Origin: the human T2T-CHM13v2.0 reference genome, Homo sapiens
Strand: one strand, 5' to 3'
NCBI RefSeq assembly: GCF_009914755.1
Contig: NC_060937.1
Length of the DNA stretch: 64,000 nt
This document shows positions 62,180-64,000 of the stretch, in pieces. The position numbers were made by a program, and so were the translations under genes. The notes beneath the pieces were generated by a model. The model saw only the letters and a program-made list of their open reading frames with translations, was not told the DNA's origin and ran no database searches. Position 1 is the first letter of the stretch; the number at the start of each line of letters is the position of its first letter.

Positions 62180-62994
62180 TGTCAAAAGACAGAATTTGAA
62201 TGAATTTGAAGATCTTAATTGGCTTTGTGATTCTAGAATCAGGCAACGCTCCATTCTGTAAAATAGGATAAGTGTTCCAATAAACTGAGCAGAAGGAGTT
62301 GGTTTTATAGACAAAAAAGGGTAGAAGAAAGCAGAAACAAACAAGAAAAGGAGTATTGATCCTTTCAAAGTTACTTTCCTTGTAAGGTGGAAACAGGAAA
62401 ACAGAACAATAGAAAGGTAACTGATTAGTTAACATCAAGTTATTTCAGGTTACTTTTTTCTTTTTTTTTATTGAGACAGAGTCTTGCTCTGTTGCCCAGG
62501 CTGGAGTGCAGTGGCACAATCTCGGCTTCACAGCAGCCTCCACCTCCTGGGTTCAAGCAATTCTCCTGCCTCAGCCTCCCAAGTGGCTGGGACTACAGAT
62601 GCCCGCCACCATGCCAGCTAATTTTTGTATTTTTAGTAGAGACGGGGTTTCACCATGTTGGCCAGGCTGGTCTTGAACTCCTGACCTCAGGTGATCCACC
62701 CACCTCGGCCTCCCAAAAGGCTGGGATTACAGGCGTGAGCCACTATGCCTGGCCTATTTCAGGTTACTTTTTGTTGTGCAGATTAAAGGCAGAGGGAACT
62801 TTATTATCATGTTGACTGAAACTGGCCTATTTGGGGATATTATCTCTATCTCCTGATTTCTCCAAGAGTCAGATGATTTGGTTTGGTGACATGGAACTTT
62901 AGTATGAGTGACTCCATCTTGGCTTCTGGTCTGGTGAGCTGGAGCCCAGTGCAGGATCTTAGTCCAAAATAATGACCTCATAATTTTTATAACA
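62180..62994. mobile_element. MER4-group (MER65-like) solo LTR containing an antisense AluS at 62453-62755
   Basis: TGTCAAAAGAC...aagatcttaattggcttt start and ...AACA end; Alu TSD tatttcaggttactttt. Confidence 0.65.
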
Positions 62995-63651
62995 TCCTTA
63001 TCCTGGAGCTAAAAAAACAAAACTGCAGCTCTTGTATTCGTTGCTACCAACTGCTTCTTATAGCATGAAAGACAGAAAAAGCAGTTGGATTACATCATTC
63101 CCCTGCGTGATAAAGGACAATGTTTCATCACACCTGCCACGCTCTGCCAGCCCTGCCTTTGCCCACCTTCCCAGCATCACTGGGTATCACTCTCTTCCTT
63201 ATCCACCAGCTTCCAGACCCACCACCAACTGGAAGAGGGTCAATATTACATTAAAGGGGAGCACATAGGGTGACATCGGATGGTGGCCGTCTTTAGGAAC
63301 ATGCAATTAGCCTCAAAAACAAGACTAACCCAGGTGAAACAGTTAAAGACCAGTAAAAGAGCATGCATAATTGTGTGCCAGGATGGAGGGTGCTGATAAG
63401 GACAGGGATCTGAAGAGCAGGTGGTGCTGGTGAGTGGGGAAGTCTGAAGGAGGCACTGGGGATTTGGAAGCAGCTTAAGGTGTCAGTACAGTGGTGAACT
63501 TCGACAATTAAAGTACTGTTTCACTAAAACAGGTAGGCTCATGTATGTGGAATAAGTATTTTCAGAAATACTTGTCAATTCAGATGGGAGTTTTACTTGC
63601 CTGTATGATGAAAGAAGAGGAAGTGGGGAGAAATAAGAAGAGAAGCTCTGA

Positions 63652-63980
<329 letters not shown>

Positions 63981-64000
63981 CTGGCTGCCATTCTTCCACA

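Overview
This is human (primate) genomic DNA, not a prokaryotic or accessory region. It holds the complete + strand gene ATP12A, the non-gastric H+/K+-ATPase alpha subunit (P2C-type ATPase). I reconstructed 23 coding exons by hand, from the ATG at 18779 to the TAA ending at 49586. All introns are GT-AG with consistent phases, and the total is 3120 nt, or 1039 aa plus stop. A CpG-island promoter lies at about 18.3-19.1 kb. Intron 14 holds an antisense stack of retroposed sequences: a processed RPL26 pseudogene, a Y1 RNA pseudogene and several Alus, one carrying a visible template-switch duplication. The rest is typical primate repeat content: about 30 Alus (one near-consensus AluYb8), Tigger, MER2, MER5 and MER20 DNA transposon remnants, MLT2 and MER-type LTRs, L1 fragments and microsatellites. 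Nearly all ORFs in the supplied track are spurious. I see no support for a wholly new biological system. The best leads are regulatory or structural: a near-copy of the exon 1 splice donor upstream of the start codon, alternative and decoy acceptors, a 590-bp UG-rich tract beside exon 2, two consensus CTCF sites, the nested retro-stack and an orphan CpG-rich patch downstream. Repeat subfamily names come from recalled consensus sequences, and repeat boundaries are approximate.
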